This document shows, in pieces, positions 8,269 through 16,717 of a DNA stretch of 32,000 bases. A program made the translations under genes and the position numbers. Origin of the DNA: Promethearchaeum syntrophicum (GTDB lineage: Archaea; Asgardarchaeota; Lokiarchaeia; Sigyniarchaeales; Promethearchaeaceae); NCBI RefSeq assembly GCF_008000775.2, contig NZ_CP042905.2:1740001-1772000 (forward strand), read 5' to 3'. How positions within the stretch are numbered: the first letter of the stretch is position 1; every line of letters starts with the position of its first letter. The notes under the pieces were generated by a model. The model was not told the origin of the DNA. It made no database searches and saw nothing but the letters and a program-made list of their open reading frames with translations.

Positions 8269-8279
8269 TATATTTAAAA
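8269..8279 (-). promoter_or_regulatory. TATA box for the 499-aa gene
   Basis: The minus strand reads TTTTAAATATA, centred 26 nt upstream of ATG 8248. Confidence 0.4.
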
Positions 8280-8445
8280 TCACACTAAATTCCCAAACGG
8301 AAAATTTTTCGAAATTTGAATTGGTGGACGCAAAATTCAAAGCAAATAGTACCGTTCGCGAGAAGTTTCTAGCTCTGAATTCGCCCGAAATATTCTAAAT
8401 ATCACTGATTTTATAGTAGGGAGACCGAAAAACAAGACTAGAATG

Positions 8446-9681
8446 TTAGGATATCGGGGGCGAAAATGCAAATTCGGAAAAAATCACAGGTTGGGGAGGC
8501 ACTTCCAAAGATGGGGATATCCCTTTGAATGTTTTTTCTATAGCGGGAATTCCAAATGCCTCAAGATATCTTGAAGGTTGTGTAAATTTGGAAAAGATAT
8601 TTTTATTTTTAGTGATAAATTCCGATGTCCTTCTGTGTTTTATTTTTTGGCTGATGGGATTGTTATGAATAACAAGAATTGGAACTTGGGGTTTAATGGC
8701 GATCAATGGTTTTGGCTCTTCTATTATCGGTTCTGCATGTAATTTCTTCGTCTTTTCTTGGATGGTTTCCTCCGGGATAACCACATGCATTGTATTATCT
8801 AAATGGGATAAATATTCTTGATATTTTTGTTTGAGGATATTAATTTTTACATTTTTTATATGGGAATATACCGTACTCGCGGTGATTTCCAAACTTTCAG
8901 AAATTTGGAGAATGGAGGCAACTTTTTCTAATGATAAGATCCTGAGAGCGATGGAAACAGCACTCGCCGCAATAACTCTACTCTTAAAGCCCAATCTTCC
9001 TTCGAAGTTTCTCGCGATTTTGAACGCGATCCTTCTTACTTCCGATGATAATCGAAGATCCTGACACGCTTTGGAGATATTTTGATGAATCATCATCTTC
9101 AAGGTTTCCGCTTTTTCTTTGAATAAATCAGGAAGTTCATTGGAAATCGCCTTTACACAGATGAAAAATTCGCGATGATCAATATTTTGCTCCGCTAAGA
9201 GGGTTTTTAGCGAGATATTTTTTAATTGTTGAGACATCACCACATAATAGATAGTAGTACAAAATAAGTGCGTATTTCGAGACTTGGTATGTTTTTTGAT
9301 TTTAGGAAAAATCTTGAAAAAGAAATCCATAAACAGTTTAATATCGGCTGCTATTCCGAATTTAGCGATTAATGTGTTAAAGAGTACACGGGCTTCGGTT
9401 TTCTCGTCTTTGGATAATGATCTGTTGATCTTATGTAAGCGGGCAAAATTAATGTGACTGTTCTTTATTTTTCGTTCTGAATCATTGCCTATCTGAGTCC
9501 CGTTTAACAAAAGAGCATGAGTTTGGAATGCATTGCCATTTTTATCAGTTTTGAACCCTCCAATATTATATTGGATTACAGGGCCTTCTACCGTTAATCC
9601 ACATCCACGACATACGAAAAAGCCGTCGGATTCTGCGATCTGTGAAGATCCGCATTCTTGACATTCGAAATTTGCGATCAT
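8446..9681 (-). CDS. tfb: Transcription factor B (TFIIB family), divergent, with a ~110-aa Pro-rich C-terminal extension
   Basis: The N-terminal Zn ribbon is CQECGS...CRGCG. Two cyclin-like repeats follow (LFCTTIYYVV..., RVIAASAVSIALRIL...ASTVYSHIKN). The tail is EPIIEEPKPLIAIKPQVPILV...PPQPVIF. Confidence 0.8.
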   Translation of the reverse strand: MIANFECQECGSSQIAESDGFFVCRGCGLTVEGPVIQYNIGGFKTDKNGNAFQTHALLLNGTQIGNDSERKIKNSHINFARLHKINRSLSKDEKTEARVLFNTLIAKFGIAADIKLFMDFFFKIFPKIKKHTKSRNTHLFCTTIYYVVMSQQLKNISLKTLLAEQNIDHREFFICVKAISNELPDLFKEKAETLKMMIHQNISKACQDLRLSSEVRRIAFKIARNFEGRLGFKSRVIAASAVSIALRILSLEKVASILQISESLEITASTVYSHIKNVKINILKQKYQEYLSHLDNTMHVVIPEETIQEKTKKLHAEPIIEEPKPLIAIKPQVPILVIHNNPISQKIKHRRTSEFITKNKNIFSKFTQPSRYLEAFGIPAIEKTFKGISPSLEVPPQPVIFSEFAFSPPIS

Positions 9682-9703
9682 TTTTCTTCCCCAAAATTTA
9701 AGG

Positions 9704-9711
9704 ATATATTA
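9704..9711 (-). promoter_or_regulatory. TATA-like box for tfb
   Basis: The minus strand reads TAATATAT, centred ~26 nt upstream of ATG 9681. Confidence 0.35.
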
Positions 9712-10080
9712 CTTTGAAAATGATCCCAATATAAAGCCCACCACCAACCCCTCCATGCGTCGCCTCATGTTCGCAGTTTTGACATTTTTCACCCTAACCA
9801 AAAACCCTTGAAAAATTTTTTTTTAATGGATGGGATTTAAAAAATATCGATCTTTAAATAAATAAACTACAACATAACAAAAAAATCCTTTCCGTAGGGG
9901 GAAAATGTAGCGGAAATATTTCTCCATCTATCTAAGAGTTACATTGGAGATTTTTTATCCTCTATTTTTGCGGGTATGCCTAAAACCAGATCGCCATCCC
10001 ACATCATAATATTCTAGCTTTATATTTAAAATACGAGAAAAAAAATCCAAAGAATTAACGTGGAGTTCCAATAATGTAAG

Positions 10081-10120
10081 AAAAAAAAAACAAAAAAAGA
10101 GGGCGGGGGTGTTATCCTCT
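10081..10120 (-). terminator. Short hairpin followed by T7-G-T10, terminator candidate for the 1069-aa gene
   Basis: On the minus strand, AGAGG...CCTCT forms a 5-bp stem (10098-10102 / 10116-10120) just after the stop at 10123-10125. T7 and T10 runs follow (10081-10098). Confidence 0.4.
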
Positions 10121-10122
10121 GT

Positions 10123-13100
10123 TTATATGTGGGTTGATAAAATTTTCTGATATATTTTCTGTTTATTTTTGAAAATTATCCCACTCACACCCGCTCCAAC
10201 CGATCCAAGGGAAAGAATTGTTTCAATAATATAATTTCCGATTTTCGTCGCCTTCTTTTCAGGCACTATTTCCGATAAATCGAGGACATTAACGTAAAAA
10301 AACCCTGTTTCAGGATATTTTAGGTAATATTTTCCATCAGAGGTAGAAAAGTGATACGTATAGTTTCCAATATCAAGATCCAGATCATATTTGAAAATTT
10401 TATTTTTTGCATCATTTCCGTTGAGAGCGTGCATCGAATAAGTGGCTCCATTAATAGTTAGGTTGACATATTCGGCGGAGTTCTCTTGATTATCCGAATA
10501 CGATATCAGAAATTCAAAGTGATTTTCAACATTCGATAAAGTCTCACTATGTAAAATTGGAGGCGTATCCCCAAGGAAAAGAAAACGTGTCGAAATATTT
10601 TCCAAAAAATCAAAATTGAAATCCCACACTAGGGTATAGTTTTGATTTTGGTGCAGGTGGTCGGATATATCACAATTCCAATTTATCACCTCCTGTTGGT
10701 GATCAACCGCCATAGCCCCAACTTGATAAAAAGCTATAAAATTAGCTTCATCATCATATAAATAGAGTTCGGGGATTACTTTGGAGGCCAAAGATTCGGG
10801 GCATTCGACTGATAACTGCGACGCCACCGTATCTCCATTCGATATTATTTCTGCATTTCTGAAAAAAGGAATAGAAACGTCTACTGAAAAGGGATACGAG
10901 TAATTGGTTTCTCTAAACGTGAAATCAAAGGATATCCCCCAAGAGTAGGGATCAAATTCATCGAATTGGGGCATCACTTCACAAGCCGCCATAGATCCCA
11001 AAGAAGCCCAATTAGTAAAATCGGTGTCGTAGCCTCTAATACTCAAGTTATCTACCGAGATCACGGAAGAGATGGAGCTAAATTGTGCGAGATATGTATA
11101 ACTTTCCCCCAAGATTTGATTTGGCGGGATATCCATGTACACCTTGATATGGCCATCTTTAAGTAGTTGGGAAACAAACTTCACATCATCTTCAGGATAA
11201 TGATCTTGGGTTATAATGTATTGGATTAGATCCCGTATTTGTACATGCGACGTTTCAGAAATTAAATCGACATAAGAACATTCCATTTTATCCATTAATA
11301 CTAATAACTCGGTCTTTTCTTGGATTGAACAAGCATCCCATTCATTTTCGAATGCAAACACTAAATAATTTTTCAATTTTTCGGCATTAATGCCATTGCC
11401 CCCGAGAATTTCTTCGATAGACACAACATATTTTAAGGCTTGAAATCTCCCAATATTTTTATTTTCAATTGACTCAGAACAATTCACATACCAATAATCA
11501 CCGTCCTCCATGATGAACTGTTCACAATATGAAAGAATTGAACTAATCTCTGGTAACGTATAATAATCATAGAGGTCATTCAAAACATCGTAATTTAGTA
11601 GAAATTGTTGGGATTGAAGGGCATAAAATGTAGATTCGAGATTCCCGCACACCATTTCTTCAGGTGAATTACTAAAAAAACCTTCGGAAGTTAATTTGCC
11701 ATGAATCCACCAGATAAAATCATCGTAATCCGCTCCAGCAGCAGCGGCAAAGTTTTCTAGCAATCCGAACTCATTCAGAAGACTAAGAGAAAAATAATTC
11801 GTGGCTATCGGATAATATGTCCATTCATTCCAATTTCGCATAATTTTATAACTTTGATCCTGCACGTTAGTTGAAATATTTCTCAGATCGCCGAAATAGG
11901 TGGCAAACTGTCTGGACATAACCAGATCAAAAATCTGACTCTCATTGATTCCAGCATATTTGAGCGATTTAAACTTTAGATAATCCCCTTTCGCCGAGTT
12001 CCAGATATTTGATATATATGTTCCGCCTCCTTTTTCGGTCAGAAAGGAATCATAATAATCAATATATTTAGACTCATCCACCAAATTCCACACGCCTATA
12101 TTGGTGAGATAGTTCACGATTAAAAATTGCGAAAACAGATCATCCCCAGGAACGTCTGATGCCCAATAAAAATAATTATATTCCCGATCCAATCTTGTCT
12201 GGTCAAGCAGATTTGCCGAAATTAAGGTATTTTGGCAATTGTATATATCGGGAAATTGTGCTTCTGCCTCTAAAATTCTAATACAATCCCCCAAAATAGC
12301 GGTTCCGTAGTAGGTGATGATATCTGGGGATGCTTTATCATTCCATTGACTGTAAAAACAGTGAGTACTCGGATTGTTTAATCCATTATCCAACACAAAA
12401 TTAATAAAATTATCTTTAACTCCAGAAAAATCCCCCTCAATCATTTCAATCGTGTTTAATGCCAACCACGACGCATAGAAGAATTCCCAACCCACAATTA
12501 CATCTTCGGAATATTCACTAAAGGCTCCATTTCCGAAAGGAAGGATTTCCAGTGATCTTTGTCTACTCGCAATAAAATTCCCAATTACATTTTTTTGAAA
12601 AACAGAAAAGATAGTTGCATCAAAATCGTTGAGAGCCAATAACGCTTCGACAGAATAATAGGTTTCTAATAATGTAGAATTTGGTGAATATAAGCTTCCA
12701 AACCCTCCATCCACATTTTGCGTTCCCCAAATACCAGAAATCCAATTCGAAACCTGTCCCCCAGAAAAAGCAGCGAGGCGATCACATTTTTTTAACACGA
12801 CCAACGCCATTTCATGGGTGATTTCAGGGGTATAAGGGGCCAATAGAAGTTCTCTTCCGTCGGGATAGCCTTCATTATAATAGGTATAGTTAATATTTTC
12901 TTCGAATACTTCCGTCTGGGCATTATAGTGACTGGTCAGATAGTCCAAAATTTTATCTGCGTGGAGGGCGAGGCGACTTGGATCGATGTCATAGAGCGTT
13001 GACACAACATAATACGTAGCGATAATGGAGGGAGGTCGATCGTAAATAATGTTATCATTTTCTAAATATTCGTAAAAATCGGTGATGATTTCGGAATTAT

Positions 13101-13332
13101 CTAGCAGGTCGGGATTCGGAAGTGATTGAAAAATAATATTTTCTCCTGTTACGTCGCTCGGTAGGGGAAATTTAAGTATGTCATTTTCGGTTGAATTGTA
13201 CGGATAGTTTGGTTCGGATGATTCCAAAAGATTATATTCGGATCCAGCAAGATTTCCACCCATAAAAATATTCCACCCAAATACCAAAAAACATACAATG
13301 AGGATTTTTTTTTTTAGATGATGATTGTTCAT
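10123..13332 (-). CDS. Large membrane-anchored surface protein with prenyltransferase/terpene-cyclase-like alpha-alpha repeats
   Basis: It has an N-terminal signal/anchor (KKILIVCFLVFGWNIFMGG) and a C-terminal TM (ILSLGSVGAGVSGIIF) followed by a basic tail. Repeats such as GTQNVDGGFGSLYSPNSTLLETYYSVEALLAL fit the QxxDGGF/W toroid-repeat pattern. Confidence 0.75.
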   Translation of the reverse strand: MNNHHLKKKILIVCFLVFGWNIFMGGNLAGSEYNLLESSEPNYPYNSTENDILKFPLPSDVTGENIIFQSLPNPDLLDNSEIITDFYEYLENDNIIYDRPPSIIATYYVVSTLYDIDPSRLALHADKILDYLTSHYNAQTEVFEENINYTYYNEGYPDGRELLLAPYTPEITHEMALVVLKKCDRLAAFSGGQVSNWISGIWGTQNVDGGFGSLYSPNSTLLETYYSVEALLALNDFDATIFSVFQKNVIGNFIASRQRSLEILPFGNGAFSEYSEDVIVGWEFFYASWLALNTIEMIEGDFSGVKDNFINFVLDNGLNNPSTHCFYSQWNDKASPDIITYYGTAILGDCIRILEAEAQFPDIYNCQNTLISANLLDQTRLDREYNYFYWASDVPGDDLFSQFLIVNYLTNIGVWNLVDESKYIDYYDSFLTEKGGGTYISNIWNSAKGDYLKFKSLKYAGINESQIFDLVMSRQFATYFGDLRNISTNVQDQSYKIMRNWNEWTYYPIATNYFSLSLLNEFGLLENFAAAAGADYDDFIWWIHGKLTSEGFFSNSPEEMVCGNLESTFYALQSQQFLLNYDVLNDLYDYYTLPEISSILSYCEQFIMEDGDYWYVNCSESIENKNIGRFQALKYVVSIEEILGGNGINAEKLKNYLVFAFENEWDACSIQEKTELLVLMDKMECSYVDLISETSHVQIRDLIQYIITQDHYPEDDVKFVSQLLKDGHIKVYMDIPPNQILGESYTYLAQFSSISSVISVDNLSIRGYDTDFTNWASLGSMAACEVMPQFDEFDPYSWGISFDFTFRETNYSYPFSVDVSIPFFRNAEIISNGDTVASQLSVECPESLASKVIPELYLYDDEANFIAFYQVGAMAVDHQQEVINWNCDISDHLHQNQNYTLVWDFNFDFLENISTRFLFLGDTPPILHSETLSNVENHFEFLISYSDNQENSAEYVNLTINGATYSMHALNGNDAKNKIFKYDLDLDIGNYTYHFSTSDGKYYLKYPETGFFYVNVLDLSEIVPEKKATKIGNYIIETILSLGSVGAGVSGIIFKNKQKIYQKILSTHI

Positions 13333-13350
13333 AGGAGAAAAATATCTTAG

Positions 13351-13360
13351 GAATATATAA
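13351..13360 (-). promoter_or_regulatory. TATA box for the 1069-aa gene
   Basis: The minus strand reads TTATATATTC, ~24 nt upstream of ATG 13332. Confidence 0.4.
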
Positions 13361-13402
13361 TACGCAAATTTTTACACTTTTGCTTCTTAAATAATAATAG
13401 CA

Positions 13403-13410
13403 TTTTAATA
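13403..13410 (+). promoter_or_regulatory. TATA-like box for the 88-aa gene
   Basis: TTTTAATA lies ~30 nt upstream of ATG 13437. Confidence 0.3.
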
Positions 13411-13436
13411 GATAAGACAAGGAAGCTTACTCCCCT

Positions 13437-13703
13437 ATGATTAAAAAATTATCAATCGAAGTCGAAAAAGGCAAATTCACGGAATATCTCTTCGATGAAT
13501 CGAAATTATATAGGTTTCAAGATCTCCCTACCGAAGCTCAGGTAGAAATTTTAACTGCGGTACAGATTCTTTACAATTTAAGACTGATTCCGGAGGACGT
13601 CTTCAGAGATAAATATTTACACTTAATCGAGGAACACAGCGTTTTTCTGCATATGATGGATGATCTTGCAGACACCGGGGCTAAACCCTCGAACAACTCC
13701 TGA
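13437..13703 (+). CDS. Hypothetical protein (88 aa)
   Basis: ORF with an upstream TATA-like element. No motif recognised. Confidence 0.45.
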   Translation: MIKKLSIEVEKGKFTEYLFDESKLYRFQDLPTEAQVEILTAVQILYNLRLIPEDVFRDKYLHLIEEHSVFLHMMDDLADTGAKPSNNS

Positions 13704-13756
13704 CATATCTCAGATAGATAACATCGTATTTAGAGGTGCAATAATGTTTTTTTTGC

Positions 13757-13765
13757 TTTTATAAA
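13757..13765 (+). promoter_or_regulatory. TATA box for the 13787-16662 operon
   Basis: GCTTTTATAAAC (the same 12-mer as at the Roadblock promoter) is centred 26 nt upstream of ATG 13787. Confidence 0.45.
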
Positions 13766-13786
13766 CAGATACGCAGTATTATCTTT

Positions 13787-15019
13787 ATGCGAAACCCCGT
13801 CAAAGTGGAAATTACGGCTCTGCTAATCATCTCTAGTATGTTATTGCTAACCTTGTCAAACTGTATTATTTTTAGTGGTTCCGTGCAAGATACCGACGAA
13901 ATGGATAATACCGATACAGCCATTTACCCATCACTTCTTTATGATTCCGTCGAATTTTTTCCCGAAGGGAGCAATGTTCTTACTTTAAACCATTCCTTTC
14001 AAAAAGACTGGATCTATTACTTCTCCTTTGAATCTTACGTCCCTTTCTCAGATATTTTTACATTGGATGTCTTCTGTCAAACGCCTGCCAGTCGTAATTA
14101 TCATTTCTTTGATTATAATATCTCCATTGAAAATGATATTACTAAAATTTACTTTGAATACGGGGCAACCGAATCGGGGGATTATCTTATCACTATCGAG
14201 GTCACCACCTCCCAAAATATCAATCTTCATATCTTTCTCGAAGAATATATGCCTTTAGATGCTTATTATTCCAAATTTAACACCATTCCGCTGAACGAAA
14301 GCAGCTTATTTTCGGATATTCATCAATATTCGCTGTTAAAAAACGACATGGAATATGAATATCCTGTGAAAGATGATGTGGCGTACAAATTTAATTTTTT
14401 TCGGGTAAATCCGATAAGCCTTACGGATATCACCGAAAATCTCTTTGAAAATCCCACGGTGGAAATGAAGGTAACCTTAGATGAAATCGAATACGAAATA
14501 TATCGCACCATTCCTACTCTTGATTATTCTCTGTATGGAAATGTTGAAAATGAGGGCTTTTTTGATTTAGAGCGGAATTTTATCAATGATACATTCACCG
14601 AACGGTTTGGAGCTCATTGCACGGGAAATTTAACCATCGATATTACTCTCGAAGGCTTTATTCCATTTGATCTCAATTTTGCGTTTTTAGTATGGGAAGT
14701 CAGCGACATAGGAAATGGGACGGATGGAGTGGGCGAAACCGATAATAGCACTATTCCCAACCCCTTTGATAGTGACGATACAGAATTATATAATAAGACT
14801 TTAGCAAATACTTTAGATTCATGGTTAGCAAGTATCGGGTTTTTCATTGAAAGTAACTGGTGGACGATGGTTATTGTGGTAGGGGCTTTTTTAATTTTCA
14901 CGCTCATCAATGGCAAATACAAATTCGTATTCAAATCTCAAATCAACAAATTCAAAGATCGCAGTGGCAGTGATGTGTACGATATGAGGGAAGAAACTCT
15001 CCAGGAGGCTACGAATTAA
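13787..15019 (+). CDS. Membrane-anchored extracellular protein (signal anchor plus C-terminal TM)
   Basis: N-terminal hydrophobic segment ITALLIISSMLLLTLSNC, multiple N-x-S/T sequons, and C-terminal TM WWTMVIVVGAFLIFTLI. Confidence 0.7.
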   Translation: MRNPVKVEITALLIISSMLLLTLSNCIIFSGSVQDTDEMDNTDTAIYPSLLYDSVEFFPEGSNVLTLNHSFQKDWIYYFSFESYVPFSDIFTLDVFCQTPASRNYHFFDYNISIENDITKIYFEYGATESGDYLITIEVTTSQNINLHIFLEEYMPLDAYYSKFNTIPLNESSLFSDIHQYSLLKNDMEYEYPVKDDVAYKFNFFRVNPISLTDITENLFENPTVEMKVTLDEIEYEIYRTIPTLDYSLYGNVENEGFFDLERNFINDTFTERFGAHCTGNLTIDITLEGFIPFDLNFAFLVWEVSDIGNGTDGVGETDNSTIPNPFDSDDTELYNKTLANTLDSWLASIGFFIESNWWTMVIVVGAFLIFTLINGKYKFVFKSQINKFKDRSGSDVYDMREETLQEATN

Positions 15020-15904
15020 ATGGGGTTCTTTCTCAATATGGTAATTGTTTTTATCGTAGGCAAAGCAATAGTTAAACTTTTTACTATGATCGTGTTCAGG
15101 GTGCGATTCCTAAGATCTCCTCTCCGTAGGATCTTACGCATCGGGGTAATATTTCATGAACTGAGCCATTTTGTTATTGCAAAAATGTTATTCATCCCGG
15201 TAAGGTTTTCCGATATTAACTTCCATACAAAAGACGGAGGAGGGGTAGTGACTGTTTTTATTACTGAAGAATTTACCAAAAGGATCAGTTTTCTTAAAGA
15301 TTTATTGATTGCTGTCGCCCCACTTTGGGTAGGAAACTGTGTTATCATGGAGCTCTATCATATCTTTTTCACGACCGATGCAATAGGGCTCCAAATTGTG
15401 TCTGTCTTATTCACGGTTATTATTTTACTCGTGTGTATCCCGTCCCCCTCCGATATGAAAAATTTAGTCAATACAATATTTTTCAAGCCCTATGTGGCTA
15501 TGAAGCAAATTATTTTCCTAGTGATATCTTTCTTGATATATAATCTTTATTTCGATTTCTTCTATCAATTCGCGCCCATGTATCCCTATCTCTTTGAATT
15601 TCTTATGTTACTAGTGATAGTTGGGAGTTTGGAGATATTCTTCGTGATTTTCAAGTTTGTCATGATTAAGCTTTTTTCCATCACGGCGAACAAACCTATC
15701 GGATTTTATAAAGGGGGGTCAGGGAATGTTAGGGAAATGTTTCCATCGAGAAGACAAAGAAGGAAAAATCGAAAAATGTCCCGTTCAGAGTTATTTACCC
15801 TTTTACCTTATGATGATGAAACCGCAGCGGAAGAATTTGCCCAAGCAATGATTGAAAACAATGCCATGATGATAGATATTGAAAACGCCGAGGAAGAAAA
15901 ATGA
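15020..15904 (+). CDS. Polytopic membrane protein with an HExxH motif (putative intramembrane or membrane-embedded zinc metalloprotease)
   Basis: ATG 15020 directly abuts the upstream TAA. It contains VIFHELSHFVIAKM, several hydrophobic helices and a charged C-terminal tail. Confidence 0.55.
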   Translation: MGFFLNMVIVFIVGKAIVKLFTMIVFRVRFLRSPLRRILRIGVIFHELSHFVIAKMLFIPVRFSDINFHTKDGGGVVTVFITEEFTKRISFLKDLLIAVAPLWVGNCVIMELYHIFFTTDAIGLQIVSVLFTVIILLVCIPSPSDMKNLVNTIFFKPYVAMKQIIFLVISFLIYNLYFDFFYQFAPMYPYLFEFLMLLVIVGSLEIFFVIFKFVMIKLFSITANKPIGFYKGGSGNVREMFPSRRQRRKNRKMSRSELFTLLPYDDETAAEEFAQAMIENNAMMIDIENAEEEK

Positions 15905-16662
15905 GTCACAAAGACCAATTCAAAAAAAACCCTAAAATATTCATTCATCCTGCTTACCCGATTTTTTTGGAGGGTGTCTTTAGATATGCAAAACAGCAAG
16001 AAATAAAAATAATTTTGAGTGAAAAAGTCGGAGATGCTGTTGATCTGCCCAACCTAAGAAAAAAAATGGGGCTGATTGAAATTTCTGATAATGTAGCTGT
16101 ATTAATACTAACGAAAAACTCCCTTCCTAACGAAATTGCCGATTTTGGTGAGTTCAAGAATTTTCTCCTAGGGTTTTCTGAATCTTACGCATCTCCCATT
16201 ATACTTCTGCAAGGATATCCGAAATGTCTGGAGGGCAAAGATCCCAAAATAGTTTTAGCGATCCAGGGAACTTTCATGAAATTATTTTTAGATGAAGGCG
16301 TCGGAGTTTTACCTACCCGATCCCTTTTGGATACAGCACTTTGTTTAAGGAGTGTTGCCAAACGGGTACAAATTATTGATAAACCCCCATCTCTAGCACG
16401 AATCAAACCAAAATTTTCTAAATCGATTGATGCTCAACACTTTTTTTTGGAAGGATTAATGGTATCAGGACCGAAAACTTCGCTTAATTTAAGTGATAAA
16501 TTTGACAGTCTGTTTGATGTAATTAAAGGAATACAGGAATCCCAAGTCATTTTTACGAAAACGGGGAATCCCAAAGGAGTTATTGGTCCGATTGAGGATA
16601 TAGAGGGTAGCAGTATTGAATTTGTTCGCCAAAACAAGATTATGCTTTTTGATGAATTATAA
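15901..16662 (+). CDS. XPF/ERCC4-family nuclease-like protein with a degenerate catalytic motif plus (HhH)2-like C-terminus
   Basis: Its start overlaps the upstream stop (ATGA at 15901). The layout parallels short archaeal XPF: KVGDAV (GDY-like), VAVLILTKNSLP in place of VAVERKxxxD, PIILLQGYP (like PILLVEG), DTALCLRSVAKR, then GPKTSLNLSDKFDSLFDV (HhH-like). Confidence 0.5.
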   Translation: MSHKDQFKKNPKIFIHPAYPIFLEGVFRYAKQQEIKIILSEKVGDAVDLPNLRKKMGLIEISDNVAVLILTKNSLPNEIADFGEFKNFLLGFSESYASPIILLQGYPKCLEGKDPKIVLAIQGTFMKLFLDEGVGVLPTRSLLDTALCLRSVAKRVQIIDKPPSLARIKPKFSKSIDAQHFFLEGLMVSGPKTSLNLSDKFDSLFDVIKGIQESQVIFTKTGNPKGVIGPIEDIEGSSIEFVRQNKIMLFDEL

Positions 16663-16717
16663 AAAAAATAAGTGGTTTAAACTTTTAAGGACAAATTTGA
16701 TTATAAAATTAGAATGA

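Noticed and set aside
5995-15999. Numerous 60-106-aa ORFs antisense to or nested in larger genes (for example 5995-6228, 6874-7119, 7432-7738, 8831-9064, 10966-11166, 14028-14934, 15154-15543, 15808-16637)
   Set aside because: Each lies within a longer ORF that has motif or topology support. They have no promoter or RBS, and their composition is typical of out-of-frame AT-rich translation.
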